A program made the position numbers and the translations under genes. A DNA stretch of 64,000 bases from Candidatus Thorarchaeota archaeon. GTDB lineage: Archaea > Asgardarchaeota > Thorarchaeia > Thorarchaeales > Thorarchaeaceae. This document shows, piece by piece, positions 46,149 to 56,002 of this stretch (the stretch's first letter is position 1; every line of letters begins with the position of its first letter). The stretch is taken from contig SHMX01000005.1 of the NCBI GenBank assembly GCA_008080745.1, forward strand, positions 31,515-95,514. Direction: 5' to 3'. The notes under the pieces were generated by a model that saw nothing but the letters and a program-made list of their open reading frames with translations, was not told the origin of the DNA and did not search any database.

Positions 46149-47561
46149 TTGGAGGTACATCCTTTGGAATCCTTTGAATCAATTCTTATCAAAAATGGCT
46201 ACATTCTAACCCTTGACCCAAAACGCAGAATTCTCCCAAAGGGCAGCATTCGTATCGAAGGGAACAAGATTGTGGAGGTCTCAAAGACACCCTCCAAACT
46301 GCCCCAGGCTGAATTAGAGATAGATGCCACTGGAAAGATTGTCATGCCGGGTCTAATTGACACCCATGTACATCTGGCACAGGCATTGATTCGAGGATGT
46401 GCAGATGATGTATCACTTGTTGATTGGTTGAAAAACTATGTCTGGGTACTACAAGGAAATTTCACTCATGAGGATGGAAAGGTTTCCGCTGAACTATGTA
46501 TGGCTGAGATGATTCGGACGGGAACTACAGGATTTATTGAATGCATGATCCACTCTCGTTATGGATTTGATGGAATTGCAGAGTCTGTTGAGAATATTGG
46601 TATGCGAGCTGCTCTTTCGAAAATAATCATGGATTCCACTGGTTATGCAGATAGCCCTGATATTATGTACCCTGGAATGATTGAATCTGCAGATGCTTGT
46701 CTAGCAGAAACTGAATCCATGCTAAAGAAATGGCAATGGGCGGCGCATGGACGTATCCAAGTCTGGTATGGTCTGCGGTCTCTTGGTGCTGTCACTCCTG
46801 ATTTGTTCAAGACCGTCGTGGGGCTAGCTGATGAACACGATACCCGAATGACCATGCATCTTGGAGAAGTACAGGATGATGTCAGATATGTACGGGAGAA
46901 TCACAATACAAATCTTGTTGGTTTTGCTCGAAAGATGGGTTTACTGGGTGAGAATATGGTGTTTGCTCATGGTATTCACTTTGAGGATGAAGAGATTCAG
47001 GAACTTGCTGCTACCCAGTCCAATATCTCTCATTGTCCCGCAAGTAACATGAAATTGGCCTCTGGATTTGCAAAGATTCCTACGATGTTAGAATATGGTG
47101 TTCCGGTTTCGCTGGGTTGTGATGGTGGACCTAGTAACAATGCCTATGATATGATTCGAGAGATGCGCTTGGCTGCTCTTATTCACAAACCCCATGCAAA
47201 TGATCCAACAGTAGTCAGTGCAGAAGAAGTAATCGAGATGGCAACTTTAGGTGGAGCAAAAGCATTGGGTCTTGGTGACAAACTTGGTTCTCTGGAAACG
47301 GGAAAATTTGCTGATCTGATTCTGGTTGATATGCACAGACTGAATCTCACACCAAAAACCAATCCTGTATCTAACCTTGTCTATGCTGGTTCTGGCTATG
47401 ATGTCGATACGGTCATTGTTAATGGACGGATACTCTTGCAAGAGAAAAAACATCTGACAGTAGATATAGAGGAAGTTATGGTTAGAGCAGAGAAACATGC
47501 TGCAGAGTTAGTAGAGCGAGCTGGAGTGGAGATAGTACCAAAATGGCCCATCTCCAACTAA
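46149..47561 (+). CDS. MtaD/SsnA-family amidohydrolase (5'-methylthioadenosine/S-adenosylhomocysteine deaminase-like)
   Basis: MPGLIDTHVHLAQALIRG, HCPASNMKL and GCDGGPSNN are characteristic of the TRZ/ATZ-MtaD branch. Confidence 0.8.
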   Translation: MEVHPLESFESILIKNGYILTLDPKRRILPKGSIRIEGNKIVEVSKTPSKLPQAELEIDATGKIVMPGLIDTHVHLAQALIRGCADDVSLVDWLKNYVWVLQGNFTHEDGKVSAELCMAEMIRTGTTGFIECMIHSRYGFDGIAESVENIGMRAALSKIIMDSTGYADSPDIMYPGMIESADACLAETESMLKKWQWAAHGRIQVWYGLRSLGAVTPDLFKTVVGLADEHDTRMTMHLGEVQDDVRYVRENHNTNLVGFARKMGLLGENMVFAHGIHFEDEEIQELAATQSNISHCPASNMKLASGFAKIPTMLEYGVPVSLGCDGGPSNNAYDMIREMRLAALIHKPHANDPTVVSAEEVIEMATLGGAKALGLGDKLGSLETGKFADLILVDMHRLNLTPKTNPVSNLVYAGSGYDVDTVIVNGRILLQEKKHLTVDIEEVMVRAEKHAAELVERAGVEIVPKWPISN

Positions 47562-47569
47562 TCGATTAT

Positions 47570-48772
47570 CTATGCTATTATTGCCTCTCTTTCGAATGCC
47601 TTTGCTCCAATGATAAGAAACGCAATAGTGAATGCTAACAGATATGCTACGTTTCCTATCAGCATTGTAGGGGTTGCTACTCCTGATAGAACTCCATTCA
47701 GAAACATAATCGCATGAGAGAAGGGAATTAGCAGAATAGCAAATCCGAATAATCCTCCGTATTGCAGAATACTACCAGTGAATCCTAGAATACCAATTAC
47801 CATAGTTGGCACCAACAAGACTAGATTATTGATGGATTCAGCTGTTGCTTGGTCTTTTGCAAGGCAAGATATCACTACACCAATTCCAATAGCACAGAGA
47901 AGCACCAAGAACTGGCAGAAGAATATCAATGGCAGAGTTGCCACATCAATGGTATAGAGATTAATGTAATAGTCCTCTGCAGCAGCTGGGAGTGCAGCAG
48001 CTCTCAGGATGATGGATAGATTATAGCTCAGAATTCCGACAATTGTGAAAATAGAGTATATCATGGTCAATAGAAGACCCGCAACCAACTTGGATCCGAG
48101 TATCTTTAGCCTACTCATGGGTACCACTAGAAGTGCCTCCAGAGTATGCCTCTCTCGTTCTCCTGCGAAAGATTTACTCACATAGGGTGCAGGAGCCAAA
48201 ACTGAAGTGAGCATGACCAAAAATATTGCCAGTTGATGACCGTAGGTTGCCTCAGGACTGATGGTATACCAATTAACCTGCACATCTTTAACGATTATCT
48301 GAAGGTTTTGCTTGACAAACATATCTACCCGTTGAGCAGCTGCAGTTGCACGGAAATTGCCTGTGTTGACCCACATAACCATGGTACTTTCATTATTGAC
48401 CATATACTCATACGTAAAATTCTCCGGTATCAATACCCACACTGAGACCGTCTTATTATCCACCAGATTTTGACCATAATCTTTGTCGACTGGGATGAGT
48501 GGATCTATCAACAGTTGTTCTTTGCTTGCATTGAGGGCATCAAACAATGCTGGACCTATGGCTCCGTCATCCTCTACAGTGATATAGACTGCTTCAGGCT
48601 CTTCTGTTGTCTGAGCTACAATAAAGGAGAGAAATGCTCCTTGAAATAGCCAAGCAAACATTGGGCTTATGATAAATCCTAAGAGAAGCCAACGTGATCT
48701 AAGAACTGACTTGATCTCTTTCTTAAGCATCCAGTACGTCTTACTGTCAAGTTTAATTTTTGGTGTATCCAT
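47570..48772 (-). CDS. ABC-2-type transporter permease
   Basis: N-terminal TM helix, a large extracytoplasmic loop, then 5 C-terminal TM helices. It is downstream of the ABC ATPase. Confidence 0.65.
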   Translation of the reverse strand: MDTPKIKLDSKTYWMLKKEIKSVLRSRWLLLGFIISPMFAWLFQGAFLSFIVAQTTEEPEAVYITVEDDGAIGPALFDALNASKEQLLIDPLIPVDKDYGQNLVDNKTVSVWVLIPENFTYEYMVNNESTMVMWVNTGNFRATAAAQRVDMFVKQNLQIIVKDVQVNWYTISPEATYGHQLAIFLVMLTSVLAPAPYVSKSFAGERERHTLEALLVVPMSRLKILGSKLVAGLLLTMIYSIFTIVGILSYNLSIILRAAALPAAAEDYYINLYTIDVATLPLIFFCQFLVLLCAIGIGVVISCLAKDQATAESINNLVLLVPTMVIGILGFTGSILQYGGLFGFAILLIPFSHAIMFLNGVLSGVATPTMLIGNVAYLLAFTIAFLIIGAKAFEREAIIA

Positions 48773-48784
48773 TTGTAACCCTCC

Positions 48785-49552
48785 TTAGCTTTCGTAGACT
48801 CCTTCTCCTGTGATTAATCCTGTGAAGACCTCTTCAAGATTGGCAGCCTTGTATTTCTCCTCAAGTTCATTAGGTTTGCCTATTGCTACCAGTTCTCCAT
48901 TGTTCAGAATTCCTACCCTATCACAGAGTTCCGAGACCTCGTTTAGATCATGAGTGGTTAATATGATGGTACGATTCTCCTCCTCACTGAGTTTCTTGAG
49001 AAGGTTCCGAACCACTCTAGCTCCTATGGTATCAACACCTGTAGTGGGTTCATCCATGAACACAATCTCAGGTTGTATGATGAGCGCTCTGGCAACGAGT
49101 ACTTTTCGTTTCATTCCCCCACTGAACCCTTTCACTTGGTAGTGCTCTTTTTCTTTAAGCTTTACAATCTCAAGAAGTTCATCTGCACGCCGATTTAGCT
49201 CTTTCTCTGGGATTCCGTAGAGACCCCCATAATACACCAAATTTTCTCTTGCTGTTAGCCTCTCGTAAATTCCCGCCTCTTGTGGTAATAGAGTCACACG
49301 TTCACGAATGTGTGCGATGTCCTCCTCTACGTTCTTTCCTAGTACCCATGCCTTACCTTTAGTGGGAGTTAGAAGTCCAACTAGAATACGAATGAGTGTG
49401 GTCTTTCCAGCCCCATTGGGTCCTATAAGCCCAAATACTTCGCCACGTTTAATCTCCAAATCGACCTCTCTAAGTGCAACAACTTCCCGTTTCTTTCCCT
49501 CTTCGAAGATTTTTGTCAAATTTTCGGTCTTAATTACTACCTCATTCAGCAT
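48785..49552 (-). CDS. ABC transporter ATP-binding protein
   Basis: Walker A GPNGAGKTT, ABC signature FSGGMKRKV, Walker B IVFMDEPTTGVD and an H-loop TTHDL. Confidence 0.9.
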   Translation of the reverse strand: MLNEVVIKTENLTKIFEEGKKREVVALREVDLEIKRGEVFGLIGPNGAGKTTLIRILVGLLTPTKGKAWVLGKNVEEDIAHIRERVTLLPQEAGIYERLTARENLVYYGGLYGIPEKELNRRADELLEIVKLKEKEHYQVKGFSGGMKRKVLVARALIIQPEIVFMDEPTTGVDTIGARVVRNLLKKLSEEENRTIILTTHDLNEVSELCDRVGILNNGELVAIGKPNELEEKYKAANLEEVFTGLITGEGVYES

Positions 49553-49579
49553 ATCTATACACCTACTATACTCGTTCTT

Positions 49580-50356
49580 CTATTCTCTCTCTTTCAGATG
49601 TTCGACAAGTGGGAAGATTGGTTCTCCTTTCAGGTCTTTTAGGAACTTGTACGCTTCATCTATCTGTTCGTCATCGCCTTCAACATAGAATGTGACCGAT
49701 CCTTCCGCCCCGTTAATGCCTCCGGCAGAAATTGGGATTGCATATACATCAAATAATGCCTCAAGAGCCTCCATCTCTGTAAATGGAATTCCCTCTGGTA
49801 CCGCAATGACCCCAACGGGCTCACCAATTGCATAATCCCATTGGTCTCTCCCAAACTCGCCAACAAAATCTCCATATTCTGATGGAATACATTTTTCCAA
49901 TCCCGCAGGCATAATTATAGGAATGTTTCGGGCAGCTGCTGTTCCTAAAAATGAACCAACTGTCCCACCAGTACCACTAGCCAATAGAACTAACGGTATA
50001 AGGTTTGCATCCAAAGCATTTGCACTCTTAATGATTACATCATCGGGTCCCATTTCATCGATGACATCTTTCACTTTGGTCTTCTCCATATATTCTCCCT
50101 TGTGAAAGATTGCATCATATGCTCTCATCTTGCTATCTGTGACCCAGAGACCGTGTGGTATTGTGAGACCTGCTATGTGTCTACTCTTATCATATTCTCC
50201 AAGAATCTCTTCTACTAGATATGCACTGGTGGTCCCCAAAGTCACACAGAGGTATCCGTGATGCAAGGCGGCTTGGACAATATCTGTTGCAAGGAGTCCT
50301 TTTGCGATTAGTCGTTTACTCTCTGCAACGGTCAATGTAACGAGAAGTTTCTTCAT
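49580..50356 (-). CDS. Hypothetical conserved protein (alpha/beta; GTGGTVGSFLG motif)
   Basis: 258 aa with no family recognised by eye. It sits between purB and the ABC exporter genes on the same strand. Confidence 0.4.
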   Translation of the reverse strand: MKKLLVTLTVAESKRLIAKGLLATDIVQAALHHGYLCVTLGTTSAYLVEEILGEYDKSRHIAGLTIPHGLWVTDSKMRAYDAIFHKGEYMEKTKVKDVIDEMGPDDVIIKSANALDANLIPLVLLASGTGGTVGSFLGTAAARNIPIIMPAGLEKCIPSEYGDFVGEFGRDQWDYAIGEPVGVIAVPEGIPFTEMEALEALFDVYAIPISAGGINGAEGSVTFYVEGDDEQIDEAYKFLKDLKGEPIFPLVEHLKERE

Positions 50357-50393
50357 CCTTTTTGCTCCTTATTTTCAGTGTCCGTTATTCATT

Positions 50394-51770
50394 TTACTTT
50401 GTCGAACTAGTCAAGTCATCGTGATAAGCAGCGATTGTCTTTCGTACCAGTCCCCATGAGACCGTTCGTATCGTTGAGAAGTATTTTTCCAAGTCCAAAT
50501 CGCTATCTTTGAGAAGCTTTGACAATTCTTTGTCCTTTTTCACCATCTCAAGTAATCCCTTGCCCTTCTTTCCTCCTTCTGATAACATATCTCTGAGTTT
50601 CTCATGAGCCTTAGGCCTCTCCATCCCTGCCTTGGTCAGCTCTGTAATGACATACTCGCTTAGTATCTGATTGTTGGACAATTCGAGATTACGTTTAATC
50701 GCTTCTTCGTCTATCTCAAGACCCTCTATCACTCGTTTCATTTCTCGAACAAGGTAATCCACTAGAATGAATGCCTGTGGAAACACAAAACGTTCTGTTG
50801 ACGAGTGTGATATATCTCGTTCTTCCCAGCTCACCACATTCTCTAATGCTGGTTGCACTAGACTGCGAACAAAACGAGCAATACCACTGATCTTCTCGCA
50901 GGTGACAGGATTCCGTTTATGCGGCATAGCTGATGAGCCAACCTGTTTACCTTTTGCAAAAGGTTCGTAGGTTTCAGCAATCTCGGTTCTTTGAAGATTT
51001 CTCAGGTCGGTAGCAATCTTATCAAGAGATGATGCGAGATTTGCAAGAGTACATACGACCTCAGCATGCCGATCTCGCTGAGTTATCTGGGTTGTAACAA
51101 TAGGAAAGTGAAGTCCCAGTTTTTTCAGAACTTTTTCCTGCATTAACAATCCCTTAGGTCCCAATGCCGCATGGCTTCCGGTGGCACCAGCTAGTTTTCC
51201 GACAATGACTCTTTCCCGGGCAGCTAAGAGTCGTCTTCGATGCCGTCTGATTTCATCAAGCCAGACTGCAAATCTCAGCCCATACGTTATTGGAACCGCA
51301 TGTTGTCCATGTGACCTTCCAACCGCAACCAGATCCTTTGTTTCAACTGCTCGATTCACCACCGCCATGCACAGCTCCTCCACCTTTGGCATAAGCACAT
51401 CGAAGGCATCCTTGAATTGAAGTGCAAGAGCTGTGTCTTTTACATCATTACTGGTTAACCCAAAATGCACCCATCTGGCTCCAGGTCCTTGACACTGCTC
51501 TGCGATGGCTTCAAACAAGGCTGCAATATCATGCCGCGTTCTAGCCTCTATCTCCATTGTTCGTTCCAGTGTCACGGTTTCTGGGATGGCTGCTATGACA
51601 ATATCTCCAGCTGCATCAGCAGGAATTAGGCCAATCTCCGATTGAACCTCTGCTACTGTTGCCTCTATCTTCAACCAGAGTTTGTGTCTGTGTTCCTCTT
51701 CAAAAATCTTGATCATATCAGGATGACCATATCTTCCATAATCAATGGGACATACTGGCATTTGGTCCAA
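50394..51770 (-). CDS. purB: Adenylosuccinate lyase
   Basis: Fumarate-lyase-family signature GSSAMPHKRNP. The PurB-typical N-terminus reads YGRYGHPDMIKIFEEEHRHKLWLKIEA. 458 aa. Confidence 0.85.
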   Translation of the reverse strand: MDQMPVCPIDYGRYGHPDMIKIFEEEHRHKLWLKIEATVAEVQSEIGLIPADAAGDIVIAAIPETVTLERTMEIEARTRHDIAALFEAIAEQCQGPGARWVHFGLTSNDVKDTALALQFKDAFDVLMPKVEELCMAVVNRAVETKDLVAVGRSHGQHAVPITYGLRFAVWLDEIRRHRRRLLAARERVIVGKLAGATGSHAALGPKGLLMQEKVLKKLGLHFPIVTTQITQRDRHAEVVCTLANLASSLDKIATDLRNLQRTEIAETYEPFAKGKQVGSSAMPHKRNPVTCEKISGIARFVRSLVQPALENVVSWEERDISHSSTERFVFPQAFILVDYLVREMKRVIEGLEIDEEAIKRNLELSNNQILSEYVITELTKAGMERPKAHEKLRDMLSEGGKKGKGLLEMVKKDKELSKLLKDSDLDLEKYFSTIRTVSWGLVRKTIAAYHDDLTSSTK

Positions 51771-51871
51771 TCTCCATGTTGAATCCTGAACTACTCCCTG
51801 ATATGGTTTGCTCCCAAGCTATCAGAATAACTCTTCATGATTCTAACATCTAAGAAATCTATTATATTGGA

Positions 51872-52870
51872 ATGATGTTGAATAGATTAGGCTCAATTAA
51901 AATGATTAATTCCTATTCCGATCCCGACATCCTCAAGAGAATACTAGGCGTTGCAAAATCAATCAGGAACCGATCTCTTCCTGAGATTCTAAGAAACCGT
52001 CAAAATATAAAGAATGTTCACAGTCTTCTCTATAATCCTGCACCTTATGAATTACAATTAGCCCAATCTGTATGTAGTTTACTCTCCATTGGGTTGGGCG
52101 AGTTTGGATTACCCACTTTGTTTACTCCCTCTGCAGATGAAATAATCATGGAATTTAATCTAGTCGCTAGAGCCTGTGATTTGCTTCTCAGTTCCTTTTA
52201 CGACCAGTCAAAATTAGGTAATGGACGCTCAATCACTTTGAAATTTGCAGAAAGAACATCTACCCCTCTCATTTCTCTGGGTGACGAGATACACTCTTTT
52301 CAATCAGCACTTGGTTATCTCTTTCCAATTTTTCAACGTCTTGGAGAACTTCAAAATAGAGATATCGTAATCTCTTGGGCTTTTGATAATCGATTCTCAC
52401 TACCTTCTGTTCCTCAGAGTCTGCTTTTGTTGGGATCTATCTTAGGCTCTAATGTTCAAGTAAGGGCTCCACATGATTTTCCCTTACTTCGTCGTGTGGT
52501 CCGGGACTCGAAGGAGGTTGCAAAGGAATCGGGTGGCTCTGTTGAAATTATTCACACTCCACCAGATGATATACAGCAAGCTGATGTGGTATTTGCTTTC
52601 AACTGGTGTAGCTTGAATGAGTTTATTCGTCCTGAGAGAAATGCTGAACTGGCCAAGAGCTATCGTGATTGGCATATCTCTCAAGAGGCTCTTGGGCGCG
52701 CATTATTCATGACCGAACCCCCCGTAAGAACTGGTATTATCGCAGATAGAAGTATCATTGATAGTCCATCTAATCTCACTCCAAATTGGCTGGAGTCTAG
52801 GATTCACATTCTGTTGGCATCCATTGCTACATTATTTGACTCTGATTTTTCTATTAACGCTCTGGTATGA
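51872..52870 (+). CDS. Degenerate aspartate/ornithine carbamoyltransferase-fold protein (probable pseudo-enzyme)
   Basis: The family motifs occur in order but are mutated: STRTR becomes RTSTP (GRSITLKFAERTSTPLISLG), HPxQ becomes HSFQ, GD.NNV..S becomes GSILGSNVQV, DVWxS becomes ADVVFAFNWCS, and HCLP is absent. Confidence 0.45.
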   Translation: MMLNRLGSIKMINSYSDPDILKRILGVAKSIRNRSLPEILRNRQNIKNVHSLLYNPAPYELQLAQSVCSLLSIGLGEFGLPTLFTPSADEIIMEFNLVARACDLLLSSFYDQSKLGNGRSITLKFAERTSTPLISLGDEIHSFQSALGYLFPIFQRLGELQNRDIVISWAFDNRFSLPSVPQSLLLLGSILGSNVQVRAPHDFPLLRRVVRDSKEVAKESGGSVEIIHTPPDDIQQADVVFAFNWCSLNEFIRPERNAELAKSYRDWHISQEALGRALFMTEPPVRTGIIADRSIIDSPSNLTPNWLESRIHILLASIATLFDSDFSINALV

Positions 52871-52876
52871 ATCATA

Positions 52877-54028
52877 TTGTTAGTTCATATGCTTTATCAG
52901 GAAGGATGTTCACTTCTTTGTCGTATGTGGCGTTTCATGCGACCTGATGCAAAACGAGTTTGGAAGGACCCCGAGGTGGTCAAACGGTTATCTCGATACC
53001 GAAAAATTATAGATGATAAGAGATGGGCGAAATATCTTTTGGCCAAAGACATCCCTATATCTGGCGATTTAAGTCGCACAACAGAGGAACTTTGGACATC
53101 TCATAGACCGCATTCTAAAGAATTTAGCAAGTATATTGAGAAGGTAGATTCAGGTGATGATCGACAACCACAACACAATCAATCAACACTAACCTTCCTA
53201 GACCTTAAGATAGAATTAGCGAATAGAATTCTTTCCAATTGCCATTTTTGTGAACGTAGATGTGGAGCTGACAGAACTAAAGACAAGACTGGCTGGTGCA
53301 AATTAGATAGCGTTTCGCGTGTTTCATCGGCATTTCTGCACTCCGGAGAGGAGGCTCCCTTGGTTCCCAGTGGTACAATTTTCTTTTCCTCCTGCTGTTT
53401 TGGATGTGTGTTCTGCCAAAATGACGATATCTCTACCAATCCTCGATCAGGAAGAGCAGTAACTCCTCCTGAATTGGCATCAGTTGCTGAACAGCTCTTC
53501 TCCGATGGTGCTATCAATATCAATTATGTTGGCGGCGACCCCATTCCCAACACTCATACCATCCTTGCCTCACTGCGTTTTCAAGCTTCCAATGTCACAC
53601 AACTCTGGAATTCTAACTTGTATTGTTCAATTGAAACGATGCGTCTCTTATGCGATGTTTTTGATGTCTGGCTTCCAGATTTCAAGTATGGCAATAATGA
53701 ATGTGGAGAACGCCTCTCTGGAGTAAAAGACTATTTTTCCATTGTTTCCAGAAATCATCTCATGGCTTATAACTCGGGTGAGGTAATAATACGGCATCTC
53801 GTTATGCCAAATCACATTGATTGTTGCACAATCCCCATCTTGGAATGGGTGGCTGAGAATATGCCTAATTGCATGGTCAACATCATGGCACAATACCGAC
53901 CAGAACATCTGGTACTTCAGCGACCAGATGAGTTTCCCGAAATTGGGCGGCGTGTATTGAGCGGCGAGATGCATCGTGCCCAAGAGAAGGCTGATGAATT
54001 AGGTATCTGTTGGCGTCCTGTAAGCTAG
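52877..54028 (+). CDS. Radical SAM protein, PflX (COG1313)-like
   Basis: N-terminal CHFCERRCGADRTKDKTGWC (CxxCxxxC...GxC, as in the PflX family) followed by the radical-SAM cluster CCFGCVFCQN (Cx3Cx2C). Confidence 0.6.
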   Translation: MLVHMLYQEGCSLLCRMWRFMRPDAKRVWKDPEVVKRLSRYRKIIDDKRWAKYLLAKDIPISGDLSRTTEELWTSHRPHSKEFSKYIEKVDSGDDRQPQHNQSTLTFLDLKIELANRILSNCHFCERRCGADRTKDKTGWCKLDSVSRVSSAFLHSGEEAPLVPSGTIFFSSCCFGCVFCQNDDISTNPRSGRAVTPPELASVAEQLFSDGAININYVGGDPIPNTHTILASLRFQASNVTQLWNSNLYCSIETMRLLCDVFDVWLPDFKYGNNECGERLSGVKDYFSIVSRNHLMAYNSGEVIIRHLVMPNHIDCCTIPILEWVAENMPNCMVNIMAQYRPEHLVLQRPDEFPEIGRRVLSGEMHRAQEKADELGICWRPVS

Positions 54029-54035
54029 GCCTCTT

Positions 54036-54599
54036 CTAGAACGCACTCGCCTCAATCAGGCTATCATCTATCACGATACACTCATCGCAGACCTCAAGGA
54101 GTTCATCCAGCGTCCTTGTCATTGCTCGGCCTTGACTGTCATAACAATCTCGATAATATATCTTAGTCAAGACGCCAGCGTCTTTTGCGGACTCGATAGC
54201 TGGAACAAAGTCGCTATCGCCAGTTACCATGATTGCAGTACCAATCTGTTTGCCCCAGGCCATTCTCATGAGATCCACAGTAAGTAGAACATCAACTCGC
54301 TTCTGGTAGAATTCACCCGTTGATGCATTATGTGCGGTCTTCCCTAATCTGACCACAAACCGATTGAGCTTGGTGAGACTGCTGGCAAATCGTTCGTGAT
54401 TCTCATGTCTTCTCTCTTCTTCGTCAGTTGGTTCCTGGCTGATATAGGGGGGACAATCATACACGTAAGTCCTAAGACGTTCTTTGTCTTCACAAAGATA
54501 GTTCGAAAATTTTTCAAAATCTATTCTCGGTTCATCAAAACAATATTTCAGAACCTTTCCAAAATATCCAATGTCTATAAATACAGCTGCCCTGTTCAC
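54036..54599 (-). CDS. NYN-domain (LabA-like PIN-family) protein
   Basis: AVFIDIGYF...VDVLLTVDLM...IMVTGDSDFVPAIESAKDAGVLT reproduces the conserved acidic residues of NYN nucleases. Confidence 0.7.
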   Translation of the reverse strand: MNRAAVFIDIGYFGKVLKYCFDEPRIDFEKFSNYLCEDKERLRTYVYDCPPYISQEPTDEEERRHENHERFASSLTKLNRFVVRLGKTAHNASTGEFYQKRVDVLLTVDLMRMAWGKQIGTAIMVTGDSDFVPAIESAKDAGVLTKIYYRDCYDSQGRAMTRTLDELLEVCDECIVIDDSLIEASAF

Positions 54600-54754
54600 A
54601 TCATTTTACCTCCGGCACATTATTACCACAATTTTTACTAGTGATTATCTTTTCCTGAGATATTAATCCTTGTTAACTGTTCTGATTAATTCATTCTCAT
54701 ATCCACTTCACAAGATTATAATGTATTTTCGTATATTTTCAATGGTGAACAATA

Positions 54755-54991
54755 ATGTGTCTTGCAGTACCTGCCTTGGTCTTGAGTATTGAAGGGGACT
54801 ATGCCGAAGTTGACTTTGGCGGTGTTAAGAAGAAGGTCTGTGTATCCTTGCTTCCAGAGTTAGAACCTGGCGAGTATGTGATTATTCATACTGGATACGC
54901 CATCGAGAGTATGAAGCCTGAGGAGGCCAAAAAGACACTTGCACTTTTCGAAGAGATGGCACAAATATCACTTGATGATGAGAAGTCGTAA
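54755..54991 (+). CDS. hypC: HypC/HybG-family hydrogenase maturation chaperone
   Basis: N-terminal MCLAVP motif with the essential Cys2, then ...GEYVIIHTGYAIE. 78 aa. Confidence 0.7.
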   Translation: MCLAVPALVLSIEGDYAEVDFGGVKKKVCVSLLPELEPGEYVIIHTGYAIESMKPEEAKKTLALFEEMAQISLDDEKS

Positions 54992-55011
54992 ATAAGCAAT
55001 CTTTTTGTAGA

Positions 55012-55887
55012 ATGTATTGGCCGTCGTACTGGAGTGCAATGACCGATACACTAGAGTCCATCATGGCAGAAATTCGTTCTAGAATTAATACAGAAGATAC
55101 GGAAACATCAGTATCTTCGGATGAGATTCAATCTCTTATAGAAAACACACAGATTGTAATGCCAGCAGGCGGAAAGGGAACTCGCATCCGTGCTGAAACC
55201 CAGAGTGAAGGCATAAACAAGGTCATGATTGAGATAAATAATGAGAGTATGATTGAGAAGGCGGTTAGCGATTACAGTGATATTGGAATTAAAAAATTTG
55301 CAATCCTAACTGGTTTCTTAGCAGAAGAGGTTGAAGACCATCTTGGTGATGGATCAAAGTGGGGAGTAGAAATCAAGTATTCAAGAGACCCTGGCGGTAA
55401 GAAGGTCGGTAATGCAGGTGCAATTCTGCACGCTCTAAATAATGGTACAATCGATGATTCTATGGTATCTATCGTTCACAATCCCGATGATGTAATAGTT
55501 GGGCTGGATCGCCCGTATGGTGAGATATTCCTTGAAGGTCATGCAAAGGGACGTAAGAATGGTTGTATCGCAACCTTTGTCGTGGTTCCCACATCTCCTT
55601 TCCAATATTCGGGAATGGTTATTGAGAAAGGTATCGTTAAAGATGTGACAAAGTATCCACCTATCGCTATTCCTGCTCACACTGGAATTACCGTATTCGA
55701 CCCTGAAGTCTACACGTATTTCCGAGATTTAGTTTCACTTGAGGTTGAATCTTCTTTTGAGAATGTCGTCTGCCCAGTTATTACTTCAAAGAACAAAATG
55801 TTTGCAATCAATATCTCCTCAGGAAGTTGGATTCCTGTTAATGATTTGAAAGGACTTGAAACAGTGCGCAAAAAACTAAAGGAGTAG
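55012..55887 (+). CDS. Sugar-phosphate nucleotidyltransferase
   Basis: (V)MPAGGKGTRI pyrophosphorylase motif after a ~45-aa N-terminal extension. The left-handed beta-helix region is absent. Confidence 0.7.
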   Translation: MYWPSYWSAMTDTLESIMAEIRSRINTEDTETSVSSDEIQSLIENTQIVMPAGGKGTRIRAETQSEGINKVMIEINNESMIEKAVSDYSDIGIKKFAILTGFLAEEVEDHLGDGSKWGVEIKYSRDPGGKKVGNAGAILHALNNGTIDDSMVSIVHNPDDVIVGLDRPYGEIFLEGHAKGRKNGCIATFVVVPTSPFQYSGMVIEKGIVKDVTKYPPIAIPAHTGITVFDPEVYTYFRDLVSLEVESSFENVVCPVITSKNKMFAINISSGSWIPVNDLKGLETVRKKLKE

Positions 55888-56002
55888 CATCTCTGAAGAT
55901 GTGATTTATGATCAGATTAGTCAATGATGGTCCATCCATCAAATTCTAATATCAGTTTAGGATTGAAAAATACTGCTCCTCAAACAGGAGAACCGATTAG
56001 CT

